The position numbers and the translations under genes were made by a program. Below, piece after piece: positions 10,779 to 20,878 of a stretch of 64,000 bases of DNA; position 1 is the stretch's first letter, and every line of letters starts with the position of its first letter. The DNA is from Eubacteriales bacterium (GTDB taxonomy: Bacteria > Bacillota > Clostridia > Oscillospirales > CAG-272): positions 8,023 through 72,022 of the forward strand of contig JAZNBB010000011.1 in NCBI GenBank assembly GCA_045586845.1. Direction: 5' to 3'. The notes beneath the pieces were generated by a model. It worked only from the letters and a program-made list of their open reading frames with translations. It had not been told where the DNA came from and made no database searches.

Positions 10779-10795
10779 GGCAGGCTGCTTTCCAA

Positions 10796-11260
10796 TTACA
10801 GGTATCTTTGCATATTTTCCACGTTACTCTGCTCAAAATCTATCATTTCGCGGCAAAGGCGCAAGGATTTTTCGCTGACATGGCAATTTTCGTATTCGCG
10901 CAAAAGCTTTACGGAATCGGTAATGTTCATGTTACTGCCCTCAATCACCATCTCGGCAATGTGCGAGGTGTCTGAGTCCATCAAGGTGTTTACGTTGATC
11001 CCTACCTTGGTGGTCATCTTTTGCCAAAGGCTTGCCCCCTGTGCTTCCTCACCTTGTTCACACAAATACTCCTCTGCGCGCTTGGCGTAGCCCTCGTAGC
11101 CGTCCAGCTGGGCGGTCAGGTCGCGGCGCAAACCGCTGTCCGCTACCTTGGGTAACAGTGTGAGCAGTGCCTCAGAGCCCATTTTTGCGTTTTGATATAT
11201 TCCCTCAAGCAGCGCGCCGGTCGTTCCCTTTTGCGCGCTTTGATTGGTCGTGCTTTGCAT
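10796..11260 (-). CDS. Ferritin-like four-helix protein, likely sporulation associated
   Basis: 'IYQNAKMG', 'SHIAEMVIEGSNM', 'FEQSNVENMQRYL'; GGAGG SD; next to spoVAC. Confidence 0.7.
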   Translation of the reverse strand: MQSTTNQSAQKGTTGALLEGIYQNAKMGSEALLTLLPKVADSGLRRDLTAQLDGYEGYAKRAEEYLCEQGEEAQGASLWQKMTTKVGINVNTLMDSDTSHIAEMVIEGSNMNITDSVKLLREYENCHVSEKSLRLCREMIDFEQSNVENMQRYL

Positions 11261-11326
11261 AAAATCCTCCGAAAAAATCATACTTGTACGGACAGTATGC
11301 CTCAAAGCGCAAAAATTATGTAAAAA

Positions 11327-12529
11327 TTATTGGTTGACGTAATGCTTGGCAAGACCGCCTTCGCTGGTCTCGCGGTATTCGCTCTTTAGGTGAATACCTG
11401 TTTCATACATGGTTTTGACCACGGTATCAAACGGGATCTTGCTCATGCTTGTCAAAAAGTTTGCAAGAGAGAGCGCATTGATGGCACGCATTGCAGCCAC
11501 GGCATTGCGCTCAATGCAGGGGATCTGCACAAGTCCGTTAATGGGATCGCAAGTAAGCCCGAGATGATGCTCCATAGCCACCTCTGCGGCATATTCTATC
11601 TGCTCAAGTCCCATACCGAATAGCTCCGCAAGTGCTGCCGCTGCCATAGAGCACGCGCTGCCGATCTCTGCCTGGCAACCACACTCCGCACCACTGATCG
11701 ATGCATTGGTCTTGATGATATTACCGATCAAGCCGCCCGTTGCAAGCGCGCGGAATATCTGCTCATCTGAAAAACCCTTTTGCTCCTGCATATACTTGAG
11801 CACCGAGGGCACAACGCCGCAAGCACCACAGGTAGGCGCGGTCACGATCTCACCGCCGCTTGCGTTCTCCTCGCCCACAGCAAAGGCATATGCACAGACC
11901 AGTCTGTTCTCTCGCGTTTGCGCCGACTCGTCGATATGACGCTGATTGTACAGGTAGTGCGCCTTGCGCGTGACGTGCAAACCGCCGCCAAGCTCACCTT
12001 TAGTGCGCAAGCCCCTGCCGATGCAGTCCTCCATAGTCAGCCACATATCCGATAAATAATCCCAGATCTCGGGACCTTCTACCATTTCCACGTAATCGGG
12101 CAGGCGCATATCGTGCGCGGTGCAATATTCCGCGATCTCGGTAAAGGTAGTGTGCGGATAGATCGACTTGGTTTCAAGCGGTCCTTGTCCGTCAAACAAA
12201 ATGCTGCCGCCGCCCACGCTGTACACGCGGGCTGAGCCGATCTGCTTCCCGCCCTTGAAAGCCGCGAAATCCACGGTGTTGGGGTGCACGGGTGTGGGGC
12301 TTGTCTTGTCAAAGATCATTTCGGTCTTATCCTCGCCAAGCGCCTCTAAGATGACCGCGTCGGTCATGTGCCCCTTGCCTGTCAAGGCAAGAGAGCCATA
12401 CAGCACCACACGATACGCATCCGCATCGGGATGTTGTGCGCGAAATTGCGTAGCCGCCTTAAATGGTCCCATGGTATGGGAGCTGGAGGGACCTCTGCCC
12501 GCCTTATATAACTCTCTGATGCTTTCCAT
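11327..12529 (-). CDS. sdaA: Iron-sulfur L-serine ammonia-lyase, single-chain type
   Basis: 'GPSSSHTMGP', 'LYGSLALTGKGH', 'SISGAECGCQAEIG', 'HLGLTCDP..GLVQIPCIERN'. Confidence 0.93.
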   Translation of the reverse strand: MESIRELYKAGRGPSSSHTMGPFKAATQFRAQHPDADAYRVVLYGSLALTGKGHMTDAVILEALGEDKTEMIFDKTSPTPVHPNTVDFAAFKGGKQIGSARVYSVGGGSILFDGQGPLETKSIYPHTTFTEIAEYCTAHDMRLPDYVEMVEGPEIWDYLSDMWLTMEDCIGRGLRTKGELGGGLHVTRKAHYLYNQRHIDESAQTRENRLVCAYAFAVGEENASGGEIVTAPTCGACGVVPSVLKYMQEQKGFSDEQIFRALATGGLIGNIIKTNASISGAECGCQAEIGSACSMAAAALAELFGMGLEQIEYAAEVAMEHHLGLTCDPINGLVQIPCIERNAVAAMRAINALSLANFLTSMSKIPFDTVVKTMYETGIHLKSEYRETSEGGLAKHYVNQ

Positions 12530-12644
12530 AAGTGCACCGTCCTTTTGATTTCATAAGATAATCATAGCACAAAGCCGGAGGAAAATCAATAGATCAGAGA
12601 AAAAACGCGCATATATAGAGGGAAATTGTTGCGTATGCAGGCAA

Positions 12645-12740
12645 GGGCGTCGAGGACTGATCGCCCCTACAGTTTTCCGATTTTTGTTGTGCAATATTGG
12701 ATCAAAAACAGTCGTAGGGGCGATCATTGATCGCCCCTAC
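12645..12740. repeat. Two GTAG-family REP-like palindromes
   Basis: GGGCGTCGAGGACTGATCGCCCCTAC (12645-12670) and the perfect palindrome GTAGGGGCGATCA-T-TGATCGCCCCTAC (12714-12740). Confidence 0.75.
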
Positions 12741-12760
12741 GACACAAAGAACTTTTTCAA

Positions 12761-12785
12761 AAGGGGCTGCCGACGGCAGCCCCTT
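12761..12785 (-). terminator. Terminator after the GH2 gene
   Basis: AAGGGGCTGCC-gac-GGCAGCCCCTT. Confidence 0.7.
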
Positions 12786-12809
12786 CTGATTGTTTTTGAT
12801 ATCTTGATA

Positions 12810-14549
12810 TTATTCTTCCTCAATTGCAGCCTTCTGCGTCAGCACCGAATGGAAGAACGCGGGGTCAAACTTGGCACGGCGGTCGTAGGTGTAAAGGCCA
12901 TTGACTTCCTGCTCTACGTCGGTCAGCTGCGTGTAGCACAGACCGCCCATGTTGGGGTGGAACAGAATTGCCTCGGAAAGCCCCTTGAAGCGTGCCTTGA
13001 AGCCTTGCTCATCCGTGGGTGCCTGACCGTAGCCCCAGCCGATATTGCGATCAGCATCCGACCACAAGGTGCCGCCGTACTCGCTGACAAACGTGCAGTT
13101 ACACCGGCAGCGGTACTTCTCTTCCCTGTAATGATCAACAACGTGTCCGTGTACGTCGATCTTCTCGCCTTTGGCAAGCGGTGCAAGACGCTCTGCAAAG
13201 GTAACGGGATCCTGATTGTAATCGTGCAGGTCGAAAATATCGGTCAGCTCGTCCTGGTGTACCCAGCCCGATGCGTCTATGTAAAGTCTTGTGGGGTCGT
13301 AGCCGCGGGTCATGGCTGCCAACGTCTTCATAAACAGTCTGTTCTGATTGGGCGCACTTTCATTGATGGGGCACCAACCGATGATAGCAGGATGATTGAA
13401 GTCGCGCTCCATGATCTCATGCCACTCGGGCAAGAAATTCTCAAACACTTCGGTACGCGAGGAATCCTGCACCCAGTTTGCGTGCTCACCCCAAACGATA
13501 TAACCCTTCTTATCACAGTAGGACAAAAACAGCGGCTCAAATACCTTTTGGTGCAATCTTGCGCCGTTAAAGCCCATTGCCATGGAGCGATCCACGTCGG
13601 CATACAACGCCTCTACCGTGGGAGCGGTATAGATACCGTCGGGATAGAAACCCTGATCAAGCACCAATCTCTGGAACACGGGCTTGTGGTTGAGGTACAT
13701 GATGCCCTTACGACATTCAACGCTTCTCATACCAAAATAGCTCTTTGCCATGTCATCACCGCACTTGATCTCAAGATCGTACAGGCGACCGTTGCCCACC
13801 TCCCAAAGGTGCAGCTCGTCTAAAGCCATGCGTAATGTGCACTTGCCGCCATGGGCTGTACCGTTTGCTTTGCCCACGACCTTGCCCTCGTAGCTTGCAA
13901 CCAAGGAAACAGGGGTATTCTCGCCGCCCTTGACGTGCAGCTCGACGGTGAGGGTGGAATCGTCAATATCGGAAAAATAGCGTGCGCTCTGTAAGTAGAT
14001 CTCGGGCACGCACTCCAACCAAACCGTCTGCCAGATGCCGGTGGTTCTGGTATAGAAGCAGCCGAACGAGCCGTACTGCGGGCTTTGCTTGCCTGCAGGC
14101 TGATTTCCCGTGCGCAGATCGTCGATCGCGCGAATGGTAATGGCATTCTCGCCCTCGCAGAGTGTCCCCGTAATATCCATGGTAAAGGATACGTAGCCGC
14201 CGATATGATCGTCGATCCACTTGCCGTTGACCCACACGTCGGTTTTATAATCGCACGCGCCAATATGCAGCAGTACGCGCTTACCTCCCTGCCAGCCCTG
14301 TGGCAAGGTGATCTTTTTGCGGTACCATACGCAGTTGCAGAAATCGGTGTCACCAATACCGGAAAGCACGCTCTCACGGCAGAAAGGTACTGTGATCTGC
14401 TCGGTAAATTCTGCGCCGTTTGCAAAGCCGCGTTGTTCGCCACTCATGCCTCGGTCGGTCATGTACTCCCACGTACCGTTGAGGTTGAGCCATTCGTTTC
14501 TGACAAGCTGGGGGCGCGGATATTCCGCGCGAGGGATATTATGTTGCAT
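12810..14549 (-). CDS. Glycoside hydrolase family 2 (beta-galactosidase/glucuronidase-like)
   Basis: 'PRAEYPRPQLVR..W.NLNG.W', 'LDQGFYPDG', 'RDFNHPAIIGW..INES', 'SEYGG', 'YTQLTDVEQEVNGL'. Confidence 0.92.
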   Translation of the reverse strand: MQHNIPRAEYPRPQLVRNEWLNLNGTWEYMTDRGMSGEQRGFANGAEFTEQITVPFCRESVLSGIGDTDFCNCVWYRKKITLPQGWQGGKRVLLHIGACDYKTDVWVNGKWIDDHIGGYVSFTMDITGTLCEGENAITIRAIDDLRTGNQPAGKQSPQYGSFGCFYTRTTGIWQTVWLECVPEIYLQSARYFSDIDDSTLTVELHVKGGENTPVSLVASYEGKVVGKANGTAHGGKCTLRMALDELHLWEVGNGRLYDLEIKCGDDMAKSYFGMRSVECRKGIMYLNHKPVFQRLVLDQGFYPDGIYTAPTVEALYADVDRSMAMGFNGARLHQKVFEPLFLSYCDKKGYIVWGEHANWVQDSSRTEVFENFLPEWHEIMERDFNHPAIIGWCPINESAPNQNRLFMKTLAAMTRGYDPTRLYIDASGWVHQDELTDIFDLHDYNQDPVTFAERLAPLAKGEKIDVHGHVVDHYREEKYRCRCNCTFVSEYGGTLWSDADRNIGWGYGQAPTDEQGFKARFKGLSEAILFHPNMGGLCYTQLTDVEQEVNGLYTYDRRAKFDPAFFHSVLTQKAAIEEE

Positions 14550-14646
14550 TTCTGTGTCCTTTCCCGCGCCGATCTCGGGCGGTTTCATATTTGTATTTTT
14601 TCGCAAATACGGGGAGACCGCAAGCGGTCTCCCCAAAAGTCCTTTA

Positions 14647-15165
14647 TTATTCGGGCATGATCAGACCGTAGGTGTCATCCTTCCTTTTATAAACAACGCA
14701 GGTCGCGCGTGTCTCATCATCCACAAACACGAAGAATTGATGACCAATCAGCTCCATTTGCAATATAGCCTCTTCGGGGGACATGGGCTTATAGGGGAAA
14801 GTCTTGGTACGAATGACCAGCTCCTCTTCCACAAAGTCCTCGGGGAAATATTCCTCGACGGGGAACGCATCTTCACGAATGCGCTTTGAAAGACGCGTTT
14901 TGTTCTTGCGGATCTGTCGCTCGATGGCATCGATCGACTGATCCAGCGCATCTCTGAACGAGTCCGCACCAACCTCGCTGCGGAACAGCGTGCCCTGTGC
15001 ATTAATGGTGATTTCCAAGGTGGACACGTTACGCTTGCGGCTGAGCGTAACGGTTGCATCAGGCTCGACCTTGAAATACCGATCAAGCTTGGCAAGCTTC
15101 TTTTCAATCAGGACTTTCGTGTCGTTGTACACGTTCAGTTGTCTGCCGATAATGTTGGTCTTCAT
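14647..15165 (-). CDS. hpf: Ribosome hibernation promoting factor (long HPF)
   Basis: 'IERQIRKNKTRL', 'KPMSPEEAILQMELIGHQFFVF', 'VVYKRKD..YGLI'. Confidence 0.93.
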   Translation of the reverse strand: MKTNIIGRQLNVYNDTKVLIEKKLAKLDRYFKVEPDATVTLSRKRNVSTLEITINAQGTLFRSEVGADSFRDALDQSIDAIERQIRKNKTRLSKRIREDAFPVEEYFPEDFVEEELVIRTKTFPYKPMSPEEAILQMELIGHQFFVFVDDETRATCVVYKRKDDTYGLIMPE

Positions 15166-15377
15166 AAATGCCACCTCCGTTTTTTATTGCAAGCGCGGGG
15201 GCAAGTCCCCTTCTGCTTACGGTTTTATTATAACATATTTGCCTGACTTTGTAAAGTATTAACCATGAATTTTTTGTAAAACTTGATAATCATTGTGCAA
15301 TATGCCAATGCTGCTCGGTTTTTGCCTCGCGCGTGCGCGACGCGCGAAAAAAGACAGAAAAATCGGTCAATAATGTA

Positions 15378-15417
15378 TTGACATTTCACAGAAAAGTGGT
15401 ATAATTAACACGTTAAT
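15378..15417 (+). promoter_or_regulatory. Sigma-A promoter with a putative MarR operator
   Basis: TTGACA (15378)-N16-TATAAT (15400) with extended TG; palindrome ATTAAC-ac-GTTAAT at 15404-15417. Confidence 0.65.
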
Positions 15418-15453
15418 CGTTAACTGGCTAATTATTTTACGGAGGTTGATTTC

Positions 15454-15957
15454 GTGCAAGAAAACACCCAATTTCAACACGAGGAACGCGGCCGCGCAAG
15501 CGCGGTGATCAAGCAGTTTGTCCGTGCCGATCGCCTGCACCGTCAGGTCGTGGAAGCAACAATCACGGCGCAAACAGGTCTGCACCGCTCTCAGCACGTG
15601 CTGCTGATGCGCCTGTCTCGCGGATGCATCCCCTCGCAAAAGCAGCTTGCCAAGGAGCTGGGCGTCAGTCCTGCAGCCATTACTGTCTCGCTCAAGCGTC
15701 TGGAAACCGACGGCTATATCACCAAAGACGCGGATGCGGACGATTGCAGATGCAATCGCATCGCCCTGACACAAAAGGGGCAATATGCCATAGATAAAAC
15801 GTGGAAACTTTTTGAGTGCATAGACAACGCCATGGTTCAGGGCTTTGAGGATTCCGAGTTGGACTCCCTGCTTGGCGCGCTGGAGCGTATTGAACAAAAT
15901 CTGCACCAAATGTTAACACAACAGCAATTTCCCCACGGAAAGGAAGACACACAATGA
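15454..15957 (+). CDS. MarR family transcriptional regulator
   Basis: wHTH 'SQKQLAKELGVSPAAIT..LKRLE..GYI....D.DD.R...I.LT.KG'. Confidence 0.9.
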   Translation: MQENTQFQHEERGRASAVIKQFVRADRLHRQVVEATITAQTGLHRSQHVLLMRLSRGCIPSQKQLAKELGVSPAAITVSLKRLETDGYITKDADADDCRCNRIALTQKGQYAIDKTWKLFECIDNAMVQGFEDSELDSLLGALERIEQNLHQMLTQQQFPHGKEDTQ

Positions 15958-17801
15958 AGCGTTGGTTAAAATACGTGAAACCGTACCTACCCTATTTTAT
16001 CCTCGGTCCGCTTTGCATGGTAATCGAGGTCATCGGCGAGGTACTTATGCCCAAATATCTTGCCATGATCATCAACTTCGGCTCTGCGTATCAGTCACTC
16101 AAGGCGTTTTCCCTGCCTGTTTACGACGGTACGTGGTCAAGCGTAGCTATGCCGCAGATCGTCGAGGGGCTGAGACAGTCCGCCGTGCTGTATATGATCG
16201 GCGTTTGCGGTTTGATCGTACTGACCGCCCTGCTCATGATGGCAGGTGGTGTTGGCGGCGCGTATTTCGGCGCAAAAGCGGCTGTTTACTTTGCATCTGA
16301 TGTGCGTCGTGATGTGTATGCCAAGGTACAGAGCTTCTCGTTTGCCAACATCGACAAATTCTCAACAGGCTCGCTGGTCACACGTCTGACTAACGACATT
16401 ACACAAATGCAAAACTTTATTAACGCGCTGCTCCGTATGGCGTTGCGCGCACCCGGTATGCTGATCGGAGGCCTTATCATGGCAATCATGCTCAAGCCCA
16501 GCCTTTCGGTAGTGCTTGCGGTGACCATACCTTTGATGCTGATCAGTGTACTGCTGATTATCACACGCGGCTTTTCCCTGTTCGGCAAAGTGCAGGAACG
16601 CATTGACGGACTCAACAACACTGTACAGGAAAGCATTACCAACGTGCGCGTGGTCAAATCCTTTGTGCGCGAAAAGGAAGAAACAGACAAATTCAAGGCT
16701 GCCAACCGTGACCTGCGTATGACCGGAACGAATGCAGTCAAGATCATGATCATGCTCTCCCCTGTCATGACCCTGTTTATGAACCTGACTATCATTCTGG
16801 TTTTGTGGTTTGGCGGCCATATGGTGGTGGACGGTATGCCGATCGGTGACCTTTCCGCCTTTATTACCTACGTTAACCAGATTCTCAGCTCGTTGATGAT
16901 GGTCACTTTCTTGCTCATGATGTCCTCTCGCGCCCTTGCCTCCAACAAGCGCGTAGGCGAGGTGTTGGACGAAAAGCTTGACCTCAACGATGCAGACGCT
17001 AAATGCAAAGATGCACAGGTCACCAAGGGTAAGATCGAATTCAAAAACGTTTCCTTCCGCTACTTCAAAGGCAGCGAGGACCGCGTACTTGCAGACATTG
17101 ATCTAACCATTCAGCCCGGCACTACCGTGGGTATTATCGGTCCCACGGGTTGCGGCAAAACAACGCTTGTATCTATGATCCCCCGCCTTTACGACGTAGA
17201 CATGGGACAGGTGCTGGTGGATGGCGTGGATGTGCGCGATTACTCACTTTACAATCTGCGCGAGGGCGTTGGCATGGTGTTGCAAAAGAACGTGCTGTTC
17301 TCGGGCACCATTGAGGAAAATCTGCGTTGGGGTAACCAGGACGCGACCACGGAGCAGATTCAAACTGCTGCAGAGCACGCACAGGCACACAAGTTTGTGC
17401 AAAACTTCCCCGAAGGCTATAACACGAACCTTGATCAGGGAGGCACCAACGTTTCGGGAGGGCAGAAGCAGCGTCTTTGCATTGCGCGCGCGCTGCTCAA
17501 AAATCCCAAGATCCTCATACTCGACGACTCAACCAGCGCGGTAGACACCGCTACCGAGGCACAGATCCGCGAAGCCTTTGCAAACGAACTCAAGAACTCG
17601 ACCAAGATCATTATTGCGCAGCGAATCTCCTCTGTCATGGATGCCGATATGATCGTGGTCATGGATCAAGGTGCGATCACGGGCATCGGCACACACGCAG
17701 AGCTGCTTGAAAATAACGAAGAATACAAGGAGATCTACGTTTCCCAGATGGAAAATAAGCAAACACAGCCCGCAGAGCAACCCAAGGAGGTGAAGGCATA
17801 A
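15954..17801 (+). CDS. ABC exporter, permease plus ATPase (heterodimer subunit 1)
   Basis: TM domain, GPTGCGKT, VSGGQKQR, degenerate Walker B LDDS. Confidence 0.92.
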   Translation: MKRWLKYVKPYLPYFILGPLCMVIEVIGEVLMPKYLAMIINFGSAYQSLKAFSLPVYDGTWSSVAMPQIVEGLRQSAVLYMIGVCGLIVLTALLMMAGGVGGAYFGAKAAVYFASDVRRDVYAKVQSFSFANIDKFSTGSLVTRLTNDITQMQNFINALLRMALRAPGMLIGGLIMAIMLKPSLSVVLAVTIPLMLISVLLIITRGFSLFGKVQERIDGLNNTVQESITNVRVVKSFVREKEETDKFKAANRDLRMTGTNAVKIMIMLSPVMTLFMNLTIILVLWFGGHMVVDGMPIGDLSAFITYVNQILSSLMMVTFLLMMSSRALASNKRVGEVLDEKLDLNDADAKCKDAQVTKGKIEFKNVSFRYFKGSEDRVLADIDLTIQPGTTVGIIGPTGCGKTTLVSMIPRLYDVDMGQVLVDGVDVRDYSLYNLREGVGMVLQKNVLFSGTIEENLRWGNQDATTEQIQTAAEHAQAHKFVQNFPEGYNTNLDQGGTNVSGGQKQRLCIARALLKNPKILILDDSTSAVDTATEAQIREAFANELKNSTKIIIAQRISSVMDADMIVVMDQGAITGIGTHAELLENNEEYKEIYVSQMENKQTQPAEQPKEVKA

Positions 17802-19777
17802 TGGCAAAGCGCAACCTTGAAAGCCTGCAAAAGCAATATGCAAAATCCTCTCACGGTGGTCCCGGCGCTCCTCGCGGCGGTGGCGGAGGTCGCCACGGCA
17901 GAGGAATGGGTGGCAAACCCAAAAACGCAAAGCACACCATCGCGCGCCTGTTGCGATATCTCAAACCGCATACCGCTGCTATGATCCTTGTGTTGATTTG
18001 TATGCTGTCGCATACCGTGACCGCACTCATTGGCTCGTATCTGCTCTCCCCCGTCATCAACCATTTGGCAGGCGTGGAAATGGGTGAAGACGCAAGCTTC
18101 TTTACCGAGCTTGCAGACCGTGTGATCTCGGCACTGGTGCAGTCCGCTCCCATCACCTTTGTGAGCAATACCTTTGGGCTGAGCGGTCCGTTCCCCTACC
18201 TGTTTGCCGCCCTATGTATTTTCGTGTGCATTTACGGCTGCGGCATTATCGCCTCCTACACCCAGGCACGACTGATGGTGCATATTACTCAATCCTCGCT
18301 GGAGCACATCCGTAACGACCTGTTTGAAAAGATGCAGCGTTTGCCCGTGCGCTACTTTGACGCTAACCCAACGGGCGAGACCATGAGCCGCTTTACCAAC
18401 GACGTAGACAATATCGACCATATGCTGTCCAACACGCTGACTTCGCTGATTTCGGGTGCCATTACACTGCTCGGCACCTTCGTATTCATGCTGACCACCA
18501 ACGTATGGCTGACGCTGATCACGGTAGTGTTTATCCCCATCTTTGGTCTTGGCGGCGCAGCTCTTGCCAAGCGTTCCCGAAAATTCTACAAACAACAACA
18601 GGCGGCGCTGGGCGCAGTCAACGGCTACATTGAGGAGACTGTTTCGGGACAGAAGGTAGTTAAAGTGTTCAATCATGAAAAAGAATGTGAGGAGGAGTTC
18701 GGACTTCTCAACCGCGATCTGCGCGGCAAACAGTACCGTGCCATGTTTTGGGGCGGTATCATGGGTCCCATCATGGGCAACACCAGCCAGATCACTTTTG
18801 CATTTACCCTTGGCGTGGGTGGCATTATGATGCTGCTGACCGGCTTTACCCCCGGTGAGTTGACCGTGTTTGCCAATTACTCCAAGCAATTCTCCTTCCC
18901 CATTACCAACATCTCACAGCAGATGACCACCGTGTTCTCTGCCCTTGCGGGCGCCGAGCGCGTATTTGCTGTCATGGATCAGCCACCCGAACAGCCGGAT
19001 GCCGAGGGAGCGATCAACGAGAACACAGCGGGCTACGAGGGTATCAAGGGCGACGTGATATTCGAGGACGTGACCTTTGGCTATATCCCCGAAAAGACGG
19101 TGCTTAAGAATATCTCGCTGTACGCACATCCGGGTCAGAAGATCGCATTTGTCGGTTCGACGGGTGCGGGAAAGACCACCATCACCAACCTGCTTAATCG
19201 ATTCTACGACATTGAATCGGGCAGCATTACCATCGACGGCATTGACATCAAGCAATACTCGCGCGACTATTTGCGAAAGAATATTGCCATGGTACTGCAG
19301 GACACCCACCTGTTTACAGGTACGGTCATGGAAAACATCCGCTACGGCAGACTGGACGCCACCGACGAGGAGGTCATTGCAGCCGCCAAAACGGCAAGCG
19401 CGCACAGCTTTATCATGCGCCTGGAGCACGGTTACCAGACACGCTTGGAGGGCGACGGCGCAAACCTTTCTCTGGGTCAGCGTCAGCTGCTCAACATTGC
19501 ACGTGCAGCGCTTTCCAAAGCCCCCATTCTGGTGCTGGACGAGGCGACCTCCTCGGTCGATACGCGTACCGAGCGTCACATTGAGCGCGGCATGGATCGC
19601 CTTATGAAAAATCGTACCACTTTTGTCATTGCCCACCGTCTTTCCACGGTGCGCAACTCCAACGCCATTATGGTGCTGGAGCAGGGCGAGATCATCGAGC
19701 GCGGTGACCACGACGACCTGCTCGCCCTCCAGGGAAGATACTACGAGCTCTATACCGGTATGAAGGAGCTTGACTAA
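17801..19777 (+). CDS. ABC exporter, permease plus ATPase (heterodimer subunit 2)
   Basis: GSTGAGKT, LSLGQRQ, LDEATS, IAHRLST. Confidence 0.92.
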   Translation: MAKRNLESLQKQYAKSSHGGPGAPRGGGGGRHGRGMGGKPKNAKHTIARLLRYLKPHTAAMILVLICMLSHTVTALIGSYLLSPVINHLAGVEMGEDASFFTELADRVISALVQSAPITFVSNTFGLSGPFPYLFAALCIFVCIYGCGIIASYTQARLMVHITQSSLEHIRNDLFEKMQRLPVRYFDANPTGETMSRFTNDVDNIDHMLSNTLTSLISGAITLLGTFVFMLTTNVWLTLITVVFIPIFGLGGAALAKRSRKFYKQQQAALGAVNGYIEETVSGQKVVKVFNHEKECEEEFGLLNRDLRGKQYRAMFWGGIMGPIMGNTSQITFAFTLGVGGIMMLLTGFTPGELTVFANYSKQFSFPITNISQQMTTVFSALAGAERVFAVMDQPPEQPDAEGAINENTAGYEGIKGDVIFEDVTFGYIPEKTVLKNISLYAHPGQKIAFVGSTGAGKTTITNLLNRFYDIESGSITIDGIDIKQYSRDYLRKNIAMVLQDTHLFTGTVMENIRYGRLDATDEEVIAAAKTASAHSFIMRLEHGYQTRLEGDGANLSLGQRQLLNIARAALSKAPILVLDEATSSVDTRTERHIERGMDRLMKNRTTFVIAHRLSTVRNSNAIMVLEQGEIIERGDHDDLLALQGRYYELYTGMKELD

Positions 19778-19788
19778 ACTAAAAAACA

Positions 19789-19820
19789 CAACGGGACGAG
19801 TCCGCAGACTCGTCCCGTTG
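19789..19820. terminator. Hairpin terminator between convergent genes
   Basis: CAACGGGACGAGT-ccgcag-ACTCGTCCCGTTG. Confidence 0.7.
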
Positions 19821-19822
19821 CG

Positions 19823-20875
19823 TCATAGCTGTTGCATGATCTCTCTATATGCGCGATGCGCACTTGGTACAGGATATGTGCCGCCCAATTCCGCCAATGT
19901 CGCACAGGTCAGCCTATTCGATACGGGTACGGTGCTTTTCACGTGCACAAGATACCCTGTCATGTGCCATTCAAGATGGGTAAAGATATGCTTTGCCGCG
20001 ATGGGCTGACCGACCCCCAGCACCTCAAGTTCCAGCGCCTCTGCATACTGCGCAGCTTGCCGGGCGTTGAGCGTCCCTTCGGTCTGATAAAACTCATACA
20101 TTCCCGCAAGCAGCCCCACGTCGGGTCTTTTGCGCAACACCACGTGCTCACCATCCCACAAGAGCAGCACGGTCAAGGGCACGATCCTGCGCGGCTTTGC
20201 CTTGGATCGAACAGGCAACACGTCGGTCTTGCCCTGCTCAAGTGCCGTGCAGAATGCCTGCAAGGGACACACAGCGCATCTCGCCTCGCCCGCAGGCACG
20301 CAAACGGTTGCACCAAGCTCGATCATGGCCTGTGTAAACTCGGCTGCGCTATCCGCGGGAATCACGGCAGCGACATCCTCTCTTGCCTTTCTTTGCACGG
20401 CAGGCTGCAAAATATCCTGCTCGCAGCCCACAAGCCTTGCCCACACGCGCATAACGTTTCCGTCTACGGCGGGTACGGGAAGCCCAAACGCGATAGACGC
20501 GATCGCTCCCGCAGTATAAGCACCGATTCCGCAAAGTTTTTGCAGTGCGTCGTAATCGGCGGGTAACTCGCCTCCATATTGCTCGCACACCTGCTTTGCC
20601 GCCTTTTGCAAGTTTCGGGCACGGCTGTAATACCCTAACCCCTCCCAAAGCTTAAGCAGGCGTTCTTCCTCTACCTCGGCAAGACTTTTGATATCGGGCA
20701 ATTCGCGCATGAAGCGCGCAAAATACGGCTTGACAGCCTCAACGCGCGTTTGTTGCAGCATGATCTCAGACACCCACACGCGATACGGTGTAATCTCTTT
20801 ACGCCACGGCAGATCACGCGCATTTTGTCGATACCAGATCAACAACGGTCTGGCAACTTCATTTGACAAGCGCAT
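19823..20875 (-). CDS. mutY: A/G-specific adenine glycosylase
   Basis: 'RDLPWR..PYRVWVSEIMLQQT', 'WEGLGYYSRARNL', HhH-GPD, FeS Cys motif, 'HIFTHLEW'. Confidence 0.95.
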   Translation of the reverse strand: MRLSNEVARPLLIWYRQNARDLPWRKEITPYRVWVSEIMLQQTRVEAVKPYFARFMRELPDIKSLAEVEEERLLKLWEGLGYYSRARNLQKAAKQVCEQYGGELPADYDALQKLCGIGAYTAGAIASIAFGLPVPAVDGNVMRVWARLVGCEQDILQPAVQRKAREDVAAVIPADSAAEFTQAMIELGATVCVPAGEARCAVCPLQAFCTALEQGKTDVLPVRSKAKPRRIVPLTVLLLWDGEHVVLRKRPDVGLLAGMYEFYQTEGTLNARQAAQYAEALELEVLGVGQPIAAKHIFTHLEWHMTGYLVHVKSTVPVSNRLTCATLAELGGTYPVPSAHRAYREIMQQL

Positions 20876-20878
20876 GGA

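Noticed and set aside
11327-12529. Single-chain SdaA as evidence of recent horizontal transfer
   Set aside because: Codon usage looks native and there are no mobility marks apart from nearby REPs; it cannot be supported without a phylogeny
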